Positions 1-9,518 are shown, numbered from the stretch's first letter. The stretch is 64,000 nucleotides of DNA from Geminicoccaceae bacterium (GCA_023512415.1 JAILZQ010000001.1:20008-84007), one strand, 5' to 3'. Program-made: numbers and translations. The notes: generated from the sequence alone by a model not told the origin.

Positions 1-123
1 GAGATCGAGGACGGCCTCGGGCGGCTGCGTGTGCTGGTCGACAAGACGGCGGGTGAGGCCGAGCGCGAGGCCTGGGGCTGGATCGAGGAGGCCTGGCGGA
101 GCGCCCCGCCGGAACGGCGCTAG
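1..123 (+). CDS. 3' end of an unidentified CDS (partial, enters from upstream of the window)
   Basis: Frame 1 is open from nt 1 to TAG at 121-123 (EIEDGLGRLRVLVDKTAGEAEREAWGWIEEAWRSAPPERR*). Its stop overlaps the stop of convergent fhcB. No family recognised. Confidence 0.3.
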   Translation, partial: EIEDGLGRLRVLVDKTAGEAEREAWGWIEEAWRSAPPERR

Positions 124-1355
124 ATCCGGGGTGGGGGGAGCCGTTCGCCGATCGCCGCCAGAACCGCGGCCACCGTCGGGAGCGCCGCCGTACGGCGCAG
201 GCCGCGGCTGCGGAGCGCCACCACGGGATCGGTGCGGTAGAGATCGCCCGGGTGATCGAGACCCGGGGTGGCGATCGGGAACGCCACCTCGGGCGTCCCG
301 GAGGATGGAGATCCCGGTCGGCTCAAGAGTACGGTCGGCACCGTCGTGATGGGTGACGGACGCGTGCCGAACGCGTCGATCCACACGAGCAGATCGGTCG
401 CCTCCTCGCCGAGGAGCCGCTCACCGCACCAACGCCCGGGATCGTGCTCGGGCGCGCCGTCGGCGTAGCTCACCGGATCCGGCACCCCCGCTTGCCAGAG
501 GAAGAGTTGGCGCGCCGTCACGGCGCCGGGAGCCGCTGCGAGCGGCAGGCCGATCGCCCGGCCCTCGGCGTTGAGCTCGCGCGTCAGCGCGGCCGCATGG
601 AGTGCGAGGAGGGCCGGCTGCGCCAACGAGCCGATCGACCAGACGAGCAGCCGATAGGCGGCGGCACGGATCGCCTGGGTTAGCTCCCGCAAAGGCTCCG
701 GGGCGGCGATCGACCGCGCGCGCAAGAGCGCGCGCAGGAGCGCCACCCGATCGGGCAGGGATTCGTCCGGACAGGGGAAGTGCTCGATCGCTGCCTCTTC
801 GGGGGGCGCGCCGCCGAGCTGAACGATACGCCGCGGCCGGTCGTCGAGCCGCACGGCCGGCAGGAGCACCCGTTCGACGAGCCGCGGGGCGGTCGTTCGC
901 CAGCCGTCGCCCAGGAGCAGCACGAGATCCGGCCGGTTGCGTGCTTCGGCGAGGGTGCCCGTCACCCAACCGGCGCGCTCGACGGTGAGGAGCTGGGCAC
1001 GGGCCCCCTCCTCGGCCATCGGATCGAGCACCCCACCCGTCCGCTCGGCGAGGGCCACAGCCGCGCGCAGACCGGAAAGATCGGCCTCGAGGCCGGCCAG
1101 GAGCGGCAGCCGAGCGGTGGCGAGCAGCTCGGCCGCGCGGGCGAGAGCGGTGTCGAGTGCCACCGGCTCGCCGCGGACCCGCGGTCGGAGATCGTCCGGG
1201 AGAGGCCGGGCGAAGGCTTCGGCCGCACGGCTGCAGCCTTTGGCCAGGACCGCGAGCCGGTTGCCGTCGACCGCGACCTCGAGGTCGTCGCACAGAAGGG
1301 CACAGAACGGGCAGACGACCTCCCGCTCGACCCGCCTCGGCTCCGAACCGCTCAC
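120..1355 (-). CDS. fhcB: Formyltransferase/hydrolase complex subunit B (formylmethanofuran dehydrogenase subunit B homologue)
   Basis: 411-aa ORF with GTG start. N-terminal VCPFCALLCDDL (CxxCxxxC) as in FwdB/FhcB, and it sits among H4MPT/methanofuran genes. Confidence 0.8.
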   Translation of the reverse strand: MSGSEPRRVEREVVCPFCALLCDDLEVAVDGNRLAVLAKGCSRAAEAFARPLPDDLRPRVRGEPVALDTALARAAELLATARLPLLAGLEADLSGLRAAVALAERTGGVLDPMAEEGARAQLLTVERAGWVTGTLAEARNRPDLVLLLGDGWRTTAPRLVERVLLPAVRLDDRPRRIVQLGGAPPEEAAIEHFPCPDESLPDRVALLRALLRARSIAAPEPLRELTQAIRAAAYRLLVWSIGSLAQPALLALHAAALTRELNAEGRAIGLPLAAAPGAVTARQLFLWQAGVPDPVSYADGAPEHDPGRWCGERLLGEEATDLLVWIDAFGTRPSPITTVPTVLLSRPGSPSSGTPEVAFPIATPGLDHPGDLYRTDPVVALRSRGLRRTAALPTVAAVLAAIGERLPPPRI

Positions 1356-1434
1356 TCGCCGACCCCCGCACGCGCTCGCCCCGGCCGGAGCGGGCTTAGC
1401 GCAGGCGGCCGGGCCGCGGAACGCTGGGCGTGGT

Positions 1435-1839
1435 TCAACCGGTCTTCGCCGTCGCCGGCTTGTCGTACTTGATGTAGGCGAAGCGCAGATCGTTCTGCGG
1501 CGTGCCCTCGAGCGGTCCGCCCTCGAGGCCGGGCTGCCACATGATCACTTCCTCGATCTTCGCGGCGAGGGCGAAGTCCTTGTCGGTGATCCCTTTGTGG
1601 TCGTGGGTCTTGAGCCGGACCTCGACCCAGGCGTAAGAGGCCGTGATGTCCGGATGGTGCCAGGCGGCCTCGGCCAGATGGCCCACGGCGTTGATCACCA
1701 TGAGCGTGCCCTTCCAGCTGTTGGTGCGGTAGGTGCGGCGGATCCAGCCACCCTCGACCCGCCAATGTGGCAACTCGCGGGCGAGCCGTTCGGCCGCCTG
1801 TTCTTCGCTGTAGACCTGGAGCTTCTTCGCCTCGGCCAT
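1435..1839 (-). CDS. Pterin-4a-carbinolamine dehydratase (PCD/DCoH) family protein with a C-terminal extension
   Basis: Core WKGTLMVINAVGHLAEAAWHHPDITASYAWVEVRLKTHD carries the PCD HHP signature. ATG at 1839 is preceded by GGGAGG 5 nt upstream; the track ORF extends to 1860. Same strand as fhcB and directly upstream of it. Confidence 0.7.
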   Translation of the reverse strand: MAEAKKLQVYSEEQAAERLARELPHWRVEGGWIRRTYRTNSWKGTLMVINAVGHLAEAAWHHPDITASYAWVEVRLKTHDHKGITDKDFALAAKIEEVIMWQPGLEGGPLEGTPQNDLRFAYIKYDKPATAKTG

Positions 1840-1972
1840 CTCGGCCTCCCTTGCCTGCACGGATCACCCGGCGATCTAGCGGTCGGCCGCCGGCGAGCAA
1901 GCCGAAGAGCCGATTTGCCCTCGGGGGCTCGGGCGGCTAGACCGCCGCCCGGACGACGGGGGAGGTCCGAGC

Positions 1973-2965
1973 GTGGCCGAGCGGGTGGAGCGGGTCCGGG
2001 TGCGCGCCCCGGCGCGGCTCCATTTCGGATTCCTCGACCTTTCGGGCGAGCTCGGCCGCCGGTTCGGCAGCCTCGGCCTGGCGATCGAGGAGATCGCAAC
2101 CGAGCTCGAGATCGCCCGCGGCCACGGGGGGGTCGAGGGGGCCGAAGCGGCTCGCGCCGCCGTGCACCTCGAGAAGCTCCGCGCCGCTTGGACCGTCGAG
2201 GAGCCGATCTCGATCCGCGTCCGCGAGGCGATCCCGGCCCATGCCGGGCTCGGATCGGGCACCCAGCTCGGCCTCGCGATCGGTGCCGGCCTCGCGCGGC
2301 TCCTCGGACGCAGCGACCCGCTCGAGGCGATCGCCGAGCTGCTCGATCGCGGCAGCCGCTCGGCGATCGGGCTCGGTGCCTTCGCCACCGGGGGGTTCCT
2401 CGTCGACGGCGGTCGCGCCTCCGAGGATCGCCTACCGCCACCCCTGACCGTCCGCCTACCTTTTCCCGAAGCCTGGCGGATCCTCCTGATCGTCGATCCG
2501 ACCCGAACGGGCGTTCACGGTCCGAGCGAGGCCCGGGCCTTCGCCGCCCTGCCCCGGGTCTCGGAGCATCCGGTGGACCGTCTCTGCCGGCGCGTGCTCC
2601 TCGAGCTCCTCCCTGGCCTCGCCCGCGCCGAGCTCACTCTCGTGGCCGAGGCCCTGGCCGAGATCCAGCGGGTGATGGGCGAGCGCTTCGCGCCGTTCCA
2701 AGGCGGCGGGCGCTTCACGAGCCCGACCGTGGCCGAGGTCGCGGCCTGGCTCGAGGCCGAAGGCGTGCGCGGCGTGGGTCAGACCTCCTGGGGCCCCACG
2801 GGTTGGGCGCTCTTTCCCGATGCCCGTTCGGCCGAAGCCGCCCGACGCGACGCCGAGCGGCGCTTCGCATCGCTGGGGCTCCGCTTCCGGATCGCCGCCG
2901 GCCGCAACCGGCCGGCCGAGATCGTGCCGTTTCCCTTCGCCTTCGAGCCGGAGAGCACGCCGTGA
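1973..2965 (+). CDS. mptG: Beta-ribofuranosylaminobenzene 5'-phosphate synthase (GHMP-kinase fold, H4MPT biosynthesis)
   Basis: 330 aa. N-terminus VRVRAPARLHFGFLDLSG...FGSLGLAIE is typical of beta-RFAP synthase. Stop overlaps the next start (GTGA). Confidence 0.8.
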   Translation: MAERVERVRVRAPARLHFGFLDLSGELGRRFGSLGLAIEEIATELEIARGHGGVEGAEAARAAVHLEKLRAAWTVEEPISIRVREAIPAHAGLGSGTQLGLAIGAGLARLLGRSDPLEAIAELLDRGSRSAIGLGAFATGGFLVDGGRASEDRLPPPLTVRLPFPEAWRILLIVDPTRTGVHGPSEARAFAALPRVSEHPVDRLCRRVLLELLPGLARAELTLVAEALAEIQRVMGERFAPFQGGGRFTSPTVAEVAAWLEAEGVRGVGQTSWGPTGWALFPDARSAEAARRDAERRFASLGLRFRIAAGRNRPAEIVPFPFAFEPESTP

Positions 2966-3864
2966 GCCGACTACCGAGCATCCTCCACTTCGTGACACCG
3001 CTCAAGAATCCGAGCCCGTTCGACGTCAACATGGCGGCCGATGCCGGCTTCGATCACATCCTGCCCTACACGCAGGTCACGCTCGAGGAGATCCGCCCGC
3101 TCGTCCAAGACGCGATCTTCTCGCGCGCCCCCGACCACGGGCGGGCGACCGCGATGCTGATCGGCGGGCGTGACCCGCTCCTCGCCCTCGACATGCTCGA
3201 GGAAGCCAAGGCGGCGATGCTGCCGCCCTGGTTCGAGATCTCGCTCATGGCCGACCCTTCGGGTGCCTTCACCACCGCCGCGGCGATGATCGCCGCGGTC
3301 GAGAAGACCCTGCGAAGCCGCGGGCACGAGCTCACGAACAAGCGTGTCGTGGTGTTCGGCGCGACCGGACCGGTCGGTCGGATCGCGGGCCTCATGGCGG
3401 CCCTCGCCGGCGGGCGCGTCGTCCTCGCCGGCCACGACGGCCCCACGCGCGTGCGCCAAGCGGCGGGCGAGCTCGGCGGTCGCTTCGGGGTCACCCTCGA
3501 AGGCGCGGACGGCTCGGATGCCGAGAAGAAGAAAGCGCTCTTGGCCGAAGCCGAGATCGCGCTCGCCGCCGGGAAAGCCGGGATCCGGATCCTCGAGGCC
3601 GAGCATCTGCGCGCTGCGGGGAAGCTCCTGGTCGCGGTCGACGTCAACGCCGTGCCGCCCTCGGGGATCGAGGGGGTCGAGGCCATGGACGAGGCGAAGC
3701 CGATCCCCGGCACGAACGCGGTCGGCATCGGTGCGCTCGCCGTGGGGCGGCTCAAGTTCAAGACCGAACACGAACTTCTGGCCTCGATGCGCGACGCTGC
3801 GCCGCGGCGCTACATCGGCATCGCCGAAACGCTCGCCCGAGCCCGCGCGCTCGCAGCGGGTTGA
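2962..3864 (+). CDS. mtdB: NAD(P)-dependent methylene-tetrahydromethanopterin dehydrogenase
   Basis: C-terminal 300 aa of the 975-aa track ORF (SRLPSILHFVTPLKNPSPFDVNMAADAGFDHILPYT...VVVFGATGPVGR...) match the MtdA/MtdB family. GTG at 2962 overlaps the mptG stop. The upstream part of the ORF is Arg/Pro/Ala junk antisense to other genes. Confidence 0.8.
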   Translation: MSRLPSILHFVTPLKNPSPFDVNMAADAGFDHILPYTQVTLEEIRPLVQDAIFSRAPDHGRATAMLIGGRDPLLALDMLEEAKAAMLPPWFEISLMADPSGAFTTAAAMIAAVEKTLRSRGHELTNKRVVVFGATGPVGRIAGLMAALAGGRVVLAGHDGPTRVRQAAGELGGRFGVTLEGADGSDAEKKKALLAEAEIALAAGKAGIRILEAEHLRAAGKLLVAVDVNAVPPSGIEGVEAMDEAKPIPGTNAVGIGALAVGRLKFKTEHELLASMRDAAPRRYIGIAETLARARALAAG

Positions 3865-5036
3865 GCGCGGTGAACGGCGCGCGTGGCCCGGGCGAGCGGG
3901 TCCTGATCGTGGCCCTTTCGGGCCGCGCCCTCGCGCAATCGGCCCGTCGCGCGGGGCTCGTCCCGAGCGTGCTCGACCGCTTCGCCGACCTCGACACGCG
4001 CGAGGCGGCCGAAGTCGCGTTGCGGATCGCCCCGGGCCGAGCGGGCCCGCTCGCCGCGGGTCCCCTGCTGCGCGCCGCACGCGGCTTCGCCCCGCCGCCG
4101 ATCCCGCTCCTGGTCGGCGGCGGCCTCGAAGGTCGGCTCGGCGTGCTCGCGGCTCTCGCCCGTGGCCGCGAGCTTTTGGGTAATCCACCCGAGATCGTGG
4201 CCCGCGCGGCCGATCCCTTCGTCCTCGCCGCGCTCGCTCGTGCGCTCGACGTGCCGTTCCCCGAGACGCGGCCCGACCTCCCGGCCGACCGCCGAGATTG
4301 GCTCGTCAAACGGAAAGGCGCCGGCGGCGGCTGGCACGTGCGCCCGGCCGAGAGCGTCGCTCACCTCCACCCCCTCGACTACGCCCAGCGGCGGGTTCCC
4401 GGACGGCCGATCTCGATCCTCCTCCTGGGCGACGGTCGACGCGTCCTCGCGCTTCTCGCGAGCGCGCAGTGGAACACCGGAACCCCGCCCCATTTCAAAG
4501 GCGTGCTCGCCCCCGCCCCGCTTCCGCGAAGGGTGGAGGAGAAACTCGCGTGCGCCGCAGTCGCGGTCGGCACCGCGCTCGGCTTGCGCGGGCTCGCGAG
4601 CGCCGATTTCCTGCTCGACGAAGAGGCCGGGTTCCATCTGCTCGAGATCAACCCGCGGCCGGGCGGCTCACTCGAGGCGGCGGAAACCGCGCTCGGCGCG
4701 AACCTCGTGGCGTTCCACCTCGCGGCCTGTCGTGGGAGGCTTCCGGAAGCGATCGCGTACCCGACGGCCTTCGCCGGCACGGCGATCGTCCGCGCCGATC
4801 GTGACCTCGTCGTGCCGGAAGGCTTCTTCTGGCCGGAATGGACCGGCGACCGGACCCCTTCGGGCGAGCGGGTGCGCGAGGGCCGCCCGCTCGCCACGGT
4901 TCGGGCGGCGGGCGGTGATCCGGGAGACGTCCGCCGGCTGCTCGAGGAGCGCGAGCATCGCTTGCTCGTGTCGATGGTCGATGCGCCCGGCGCCCGACGC
5001 GCGCGGCACGTACCGGCAGGAGAACAGCGAGCATGA
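3861..5036 (+). CDS. ATP-grasp ligase of the H4MPT/methanofuran cofactor cluster (orf9/MfnD-like)
   Basis: 391 aa with TTG start overlapping the mtdB stop. ATP-grasp-like C-terminal half (ASADFLLDEEAGFHLLEINPRPGGSLE). Its position between mtdB and mch matches methylotroph clusters as I recall them. Confidence 0.6.
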   Translation: MSAVNGARGPGERVLIVALSGRALAQSARRAGLVPSVLDRFADLDTREAAEVALRIAPGRAGPLAAGPLLRAARGFAPPPIPLLVGGGLEGRLGVLAALARGRELLGNPPEIVARAADPFVLAALARALDVPFPETRPDLPADRRDWLVKRKGAGGGWHVRPAESVAHLHPLDYAQRRVPGRPISILLLGDGRRVLALLASAQWNTGTPPHFKGVLAPAPLPRRVEEKLACAAVAVGTALGLRGLASADFLLDEEAGFHLLEINPRPGGSLEAAETALGANLVAFHLAACRGRLPEAIAYPTAFAGTAIVRADRDLVVPEGFFWPEWTGDRTPSGERVREGRPLATVRAAGGDPGDVRRLLEEREHRLLVSMVDAPGARRARHVPAGEQRA

Positions 5037-6046
5037 GCGGGACGACGATCGGCACCGAGCGGCGGCGACATTGGCCGTCGCTCGCGGCACGGGCGGAGCG
5101 GCTCGCCCGCGAGCTCGTCGCCGATGCGGCACCGTTGCGGCTCGCGGTTCAGCGAACGGCCAACGGGGCGACGCTCGTCGACGCGGGGATCGCCGTCTCG
5201 GGTAGCCTCGAGGCCGGCCGGCGGATCGCCGAGCTCTGCATGGGGGGTGTGGGCTGGGTCGCGTTCGCGACCGAGACCCGTTTCCCGGGTGTCCCGTTCC
5301 GCATCGAGGCCCGCTCGGCCGATCCGGTGCTCGCCTGCCTCACGAGCCAATATGCCGGCTGGAGCCTCGCCCACGGCGAGGGCGAGAGGGCGTGGCGGGC
5401 GATGGCCTCCGGTCCGGGCCGGGCGCGGGCGGCCAAGGAAGCCCTCTTCACCGAGCTCGACTTCCGTGACCTCGAGGCCGAAAGCGCTTGGTTCGTGCTC
5501 GAGACCGACCGCGCACCACCCGACGCCTTGATCGAGAAGGTCGCGGCCGACTGTGCCCTCCCCCCTTCCGCCCTCGGCTTCGTCCTCACGCCCACGACCA
5601 GCCTCGCCGGGACGGTCCAGATCGTCGCCCGCGTCCTCGAGGTGGCGCTCCACAAAGCGCACGCGCTCGGTTTTCCGCTCGAGCGGATCGTCGACGGGCT
5701 CGGCTCCGCCCCCCTCCCCCCGCCCGCTCCGGACTTCCTCGCGGCCATGGGCCGGACCAACGACGCCGTGCTCTTCGGGGGCGAGGTCCAGCTCTTCGTG
5801 AGCGGGCCCGAAGAGGAGGCCGCCCGGCTCGCCGAAGCGCTGCCGAGCTCGGCTTCGCGCGACTACGGTCGTCCCTTCGCCGAATTGTTCGCCGCCGCCG
5901 GCCACGATTTCTACAAGATCGACCCGATGCTCTTCAGCCCGGCGCGAGTGACCGTCACGGCCCTCGCGACGGGCCGGAGCTTCACCGCCGGCCGGCTCGC
6001 ACCGGACCTCCTCGCCCGATCCTTCGGGCTCCGCGCGGAGGTGTGA
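5033..6046 (+). CDS. mch: Methenyl-tetrahydromethanopterin cyclohydrolase
   Basis: 337 aa with full-length resemblance to Mch (GATLVDAGI...GSLEAGRRIAELCMGG...LTSQYAGWSL...TPTTSLAGTVQIVARVLEVALHKA). ATGA overlap with the preceding gene. Confidence 0.9.
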   Translation: MSGTTIGTERRRHWPSLAARAERLARELVADAAPLRLAVQRTANGATLVDAGIAVSGSLEAGRRIAELCMGGVGWVAFATETRFPGVPFRIEARSADPVLACLTSQYAGWSLAHGEGERAWRAMASGPGRARAAKEALFTELDFRDLEAESAWFVLETDRAPPDALIEKVAADCALPPSALGFVLTPTTSLAGTVQIVARVLEVALHKAHALGFPLERIVDGLGSAPLPPPAPDFLAAMGRTNDAVLFGGEVQLFVSGPEEEAARLAEALPSSASRDYGRPFAELFAAAGHDFYKIDPMLFSPARVTVTALATGRSFTAGRLAPDLLARSFGLRAEV

Positions 6047-6951
6047 CGCGCCCGGTGGCCGGCGCCACGAGCCGTCCCGAGCTCCTCGTCCTGGGTGCCG
6101 GCGGCTGGCATTGGCAACGGCTCGCCCGGGCCGCGGAACGGCTCCGACTGCCGCTGCGCCGGCTCGGCTTCGCGGCCCTCCGCTTCGACGGAACCGCCCG
6201 CTTCGGGCTTCGGCTCGGCGGAGGCGAGGAGCTACCCGGTGCCGTGCTCGTTCGTTTCGTCCCCGGCGGCAGCTTCGAGCAGGTGACCCGCCGGCTCGGC
6301 CTCCTGCACGCCCTCCAAACGCTCGGGGTACCGGTGATCAATTCCGCCCGCGCGATCGAACGCTGCGTCGACAAATCCGCGACGAGCTTTCTCTTGCGAC
6401 ACGCCGGCTTGCCGACACCACCCGCTTGGACCGTGGAGCGGCTCGACGAGGCCCGGGCGATCGTCGAGGCGGAGGCCGCGGCGGGCTTCGCGCTCGTCTC
6501 GAAGCCGCTGTTCGGCGCCCAGGGCAAGGGCCTGCGCCGGCTGCGCGATCCGGCCGATCTCCCGAGCGAGGAAGAGAGCGCGGGGGTCTGGTATCTGCAG
6601 CGCTACGTGCCGCCCGAGGGTGGGGATCGGGACTATCGGGTACTCGTGATCGACGGTGAGCCGGTGGCGGCGATGGCCCGCGAAGGGACCGGCTGGATCA
6701 CCAATGTCCACCAGGGAGGGCGGCCGGTCCCGGTACCGGCGGGTGGGAGGCTCGGCGCGCTCGCGGTCGCGGCCGCCCGGGCGGTGGGCGCCTTCTACGC
6801 CGGGGTCGACCTCCTCGAAGAACGCGGCACGGGCCGGCTCTTCCTCCTCGAGGTCAACAGCCAGCCGGCCTGGCAAGGGCTCCAGACGGTCACCCGCTTC
6901 GACATCGCCGAGGCCCTGCTCGCGGCGATCGATCGGAAGATCCGAGGGTGA
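6043..6951 (+). CDS. RimK-type ATP-grasp ligase (H4MPT:alpha-L-glutamate ligase-like, orf5/MptN-like)
   Basis: GTG at 6043 overlaps the mch stop. RimK motifs present: VPVINSARAIERCVDKSATSFLL...VSKPLFGAQGKG...WITNVHQGG...GVDLLE...LLEVNSQPAW. Confidence 0.7.
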   Translation: MTRPVAGATSRPELLVLGAGGWHWQRLARAAERLRLPLRRLGFAALRFDGTARFGLRLGGGEELPGAVLVRFVPGGSFEQVTRRLGLLHALQTLGVPVINSARAIERCVDKSATSFLLRHAGLPTPPAWTVERLDEARAIVEAEAAAGFALVSKPLFGAQGKGLRRLRDPADLPSEEESAGVWYLQRYVPPEGGDRDYRVLVIDGEPVAAMAREGTGWITNVHQGGRPVPVPAGGRLGALAVAAARAVGAFYAGVDLLEERGTGRLFLLEVNSQPAWQGLQTVTRFDIAEALLAAIDRKIRG

Positions 6952-7790
6952 GCCCGGTGGGGATCGCGGCTCTGTTCGAGCGGGCCTGTCTGGCCGAGCT
7001 CGACGCCTTGAAGCCGGGCAACGTCCACCGCTTCGCCGCCGGGCACGGCATGACGGTGAGCGAGTTCGAAGCGAGTGCGGCTGCCGCCGCCCCGGCGATC
7101 GCCCGGCCGGGTGCTCCGCTCGGGGCTCGGATCCTGGAAGCGGTCGGGGCGACCCGGGCCGCGGTCGGGACCAACACCAATCTCGGCATCCTGCTCCTGT
7201 GCGCGCCGTTGGCCGCCGCGGCGGAACGGTCGGGCCCGCTGCGCCGGGCGGTGATCGAGGTGCTCGCCGCGAGCGATCACGACGACACACGCAAGGTCTA
7301 TGCCGCGATCCGGCTCGCCCGGCCGGGCGGACTCGGCCGAGTCGCGAAGGCGGACGTGGCCGAGGAGCCCGATCTCCCCCTCCTCGAGGCGATGCGGCTC
7401 GCCGAGGCGCGCGACCGGGTCGCCTGGAACTGGGCGCACGGCCTCGCCGACCCGTTCGAGGTCGGGGCGCCGCTCCTGGACGCGCTCGAGGCCCGAGGCT
7501 GGAGCGAGCCCTGGGCCCTCACGGGCCTGCATCTCCACCTCCTGGCCCGGATCCCCGACAGCCACGTCGCCCGGAAGTTCGGCAGGGACACCGCCGAAGC
7601 GCTCCGGGCCGAGGCCGCTCCGCTCGCCCGGCGACTGCTCGCGGCCGTCCGTCCCGAACGCTTCGAGGAGGAGCTCCTCGCCTTCGACACCGTGCTCAAA
7701 GCCCGCGGGCTCAACCCCGGGACGACGGCCGATCTCGTGGTCGCTTCCCTCTTCGCCCGGCTCCTCCTGCGTGCGGGAGCGAATCGATGA
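6948..7790 (+). CDS. Triphosphoribosyl-dephospho-CoA synthase (CitG/MdcB) family protein (orf7-like)
   Basis: 280 aa. [12 protein letters not shown] and [11 protein letters not shown] are typical of the CitG family. GTGA overlap with the upstream gene. Confidence 0.7.
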   Translation: MSPVGIAALFERACLAELDALKPGNVHRFAAGHGMTVSEFEASAAAAAPAIARPGAPLGARILEAVGATRAAVGTNTNLGILLLCAPLAAAAERSGPLRRAVIEVLAASDHDDTRKVYAAIRLARPGGLGRVAKADVAEEPDLPLLEAMRLAEARDRVAWNWAHGLADPFEVGAPLLDALEARGWSEPWALTGLHLHLLARIPDSHVARKFGRDTAEALRAEAAPLARRLLAAVRPERFEEELLAFDTVLKARGLNPGTTADLVVASLFARLLLRAGANR

Positions 7791-7926
7791 TGCGGCCGTG
7801 CCATGCCCGTGGCGTTCGACGCGACCGCGCACCTCCGGCCCCATGTCGCGAGGATTGCCGAGACCGGATCGGTCCCTTATCAGCCGCCCTGTTTCGAGGT
7901 CCGCAACCCCAGGGGGGAGGCTCTTC

Positions 7927-8436
7927 ATGGCCAAGATCGATCGTATGCTCGTCGGTGAAGCGCTGGTCGGCGACGGCAACGAGGTCGCCCACATCGACCT
8001 CATCATCGGTCCGCGCGGCACGCCCGCCGAGACCGCGTTCGCCATGACCCTCACCAATCAGAAGGAAGGTGTGAACGGGCTCCTCGCGGTGCTCGAGCCG
8101 AACCTCATGGTCAAGCCGGCGACCGTGATGTTCAACAAGGTGACGATCAAGAACGCCAAGCAGGCGGTCCAGATGTTCGGCCCCGCCCAGCGGGCGGTGG
8201 CGATGGCGGTCGCCGACTGCGTCGCCGAGGGCACGATCCCCGAGGAGGAGTGCGAGGATCTCTTCATCTCGGTGGGTGTGTTCATCCACTGGGAGGCCGA
8301 AGACGACAAGAAGATCCAGCAGTTCAACTACGAGGCCACCAAGCTCGCGATCGAGCGCGCCGTGGCCGGCCTGCCGCGTGCCCGCACGATGGTCGCGCGC
8401 AAGGACAAGACGAAGCATCCCTTCGGCGCCGATTGA
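7927..8436 (+). CDS. fae: Formaldehyde-activating enzyme
   Basis: 169 aa. [31 protein letters not shown]...VQMFGPAQ...VFIHWEA...[10 protein letters not shown] closely resembles the Methylobacterium Fae as I remember it. ATG is preceded by GGGGGAGG. Confidence 0.95.
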   Translation: MAKIDRMLVGEALVGDGNEVAHIDLIIGPRGTPAETAFAMTLTNQKEGVNGLLAVLEPNLMVKPATVMFNKVTIKNAKQAVQMFGPAQRAVAMAVADCVAEGTIPEEECEDLFISVGVFIHWEAEDDKKIQQFNYEATKLAIERAVAGLPRARTMVARKDKTKHPFGAD

Positions 8437-8532
8437 AAGGAGCCAGCGGCCCCACCTGCGTCGACCGGCGAAGCGACAGGAGCGGCAGCCGAGCCCGCTC
8501 GACCGCCGCCTCCGCCGCCCGAGCCGCCTCCG

Positions 8533-8721
8533 ATGCCGGGACCGCGGGTCGAGCCCGCGGCTCCGGCGGCCCGTCCCGCCCCTCCCCCGCCGCCCGAGCG
8601 GCCGGCAGCAGAGGTTCGGCGGGAACCGGCGGCTCCGGCCCGGCCGACGGGACCAGCGGCTCCGCAGAGCACGGGCTGGTGGGAGACCCTGCTCCGATTG
8701 ATCGGTTTGAAGCGCAACTGA
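8533..8721 (+). CDS. Possible small Pro/Ala-rich protein ending in an amphipathic WWETLLRLIGLKRN tail (very uncertain)
   Basis: 62-aa ORF in the same frame as fae, with its stop 8 nt before a perfect terminator hairpin. High G+C makes such open frames common. Confidence 0.2.
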   Translation: MPGPRVEPAAPAARPAPPPPPERPAAEVRREPAAPARPTGPAAPQSTGWWETLLRLIGLKRN

Positions 8722-8728
8722 GCGGGGG

Positions 8729-8765
8729 ACGGGCGTCGGTTCGTGACCGACGCCCGTTCTTCCCT
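8729..8765 (+). terminator. Intrinsic terminator-like hairpin downstream of fae
   Basis: Perfect 12-bp stem ACGGGCGTCGGT (8729-8740) / ACCGACGCCCGT (8746-8757), 5-nt loop, then TCTTCCCTC. Confidence 0.6.
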
Positions 8766-8789
8766 CGCCGATCGGAAGGTGGTGGCCGA

Positions 8790-9518
8790 TCAGGCGGCGG
8801 GCTCGGCCAGGCGAGCGAGTTCGGTGCGGCCGAGCCGGCCGTCGTGCAAGGCGGTGGCGACGAGCGCTCCGGCGATCCCCCGCTCCCGCAAGCGTTCGAG
8901 ATCCTCGAGCCCGCGCACCCCACCCGCCGCCCAGACCCGCCGCGCCGACCCGGCCGCACGGTGGACCGCGTCGATTCGGGCGAAGTCCGGTCCGCTCGCC
9001 GTCCCGACCCGGGCGAGGGTCATGACGATCACGTCCCCAGGCCAGAGCTCGGGCCGCTCGCGCAGGCCTGCCGGATCGAGTGGCTCCTCACCCCGCCAGT
9101 CGAGCGAGAGGACGAGACGCTCCGAGGCGAGCGCGTGCGTCCGCTCGAGCAGCCGAGGATCGGCTTGGCTCTCGCTGCCGAGCACGGGGCGCACGCCGGG
9201 CAGGGCCTCGAGATCGCGGAGCCGTTCCTCGCTCGCGATGCCCGCGTCGACCCAGAGGACGAGGTCGGGAAAGCGCGTCGCGAGTTGCACGAGCAACGGG
9301 CGATGGTCGCCGCGACCGCGGATCGCATCGAGGTCGGCGAGGTAGAGCACACGGAACGGGTGGAGCGTCAGGAGGGCTTCCACGACGGCGAGGGGCTCGG
9401 CCGAACCCGTGAGCTTCGAGCCCGCGAGCGGGCGGTAGCGCTCGCGCTCGCCGGCCCGGGCGTGAACCACGAGCCCACCCACGAGATCGACGACGGGAAC
9501 GACGGTGAAGGACGGCAC
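8790..9518 (-). CDS. HisA/HisF-family (beta/alpha barrel) protein of the H4MPT cluster
   Basis: C-terminal 242 aa of the track ORF (VPVVDLVGGLVVHA...LYLADLDAI...VWAAGGVRGLEDLERL...GALVATALHDG) resemble HisA/HisF. GTG at 9518 was chosen because the upstream part is low-complexity. Confidence 0.65.
   Translation of the reverse strand: MPSFTVVPVVDLVGGLVVHARAGERERYRPLAGSKLTGSAEPLAVVEALLTLHPFRVLYLADLDAIRGRGDHRPLLVQLATRFPDLVLWVDAGIASEERLRDLEALPGVRPVLGSESQADPRLLERTHALASERLVLSLDWRGEEPLDPAGLRERPELWPGDVIVMTLARVGTASGPDFARIDAVHRAAGSARRVWAAGGVRGLEDLERLRERGIAGALVATALHDGRLGRTELARLAEPAA

Noticed and set aside
937-2961. N-terminal 675 aa of the 975-aa + strand ORF ending at 3864
   Set aside because: Only the last 300 aa resemble MtdB. 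The upstream part is Arg/Ala/Pro/Ser-rich and overlaps fhcB, the PCD-like gene and mptG. GTG 2962 gives a clean GTGA junction with mptG.
8388-8400. Partial iteron match (GATGGTCGCGC) inside the 3' end of fae
   Set aside because: It lacks the GGGA part and is explained by the Fae codons (TMVARK). It is most likely coincidence.
8437-8442. AAGGAG directly after the fae stop as an RBS for a downstream gene
   Set aside because: There is no ATG, GTG or TTG within 5-15 nt downstream in any frame that I could see.
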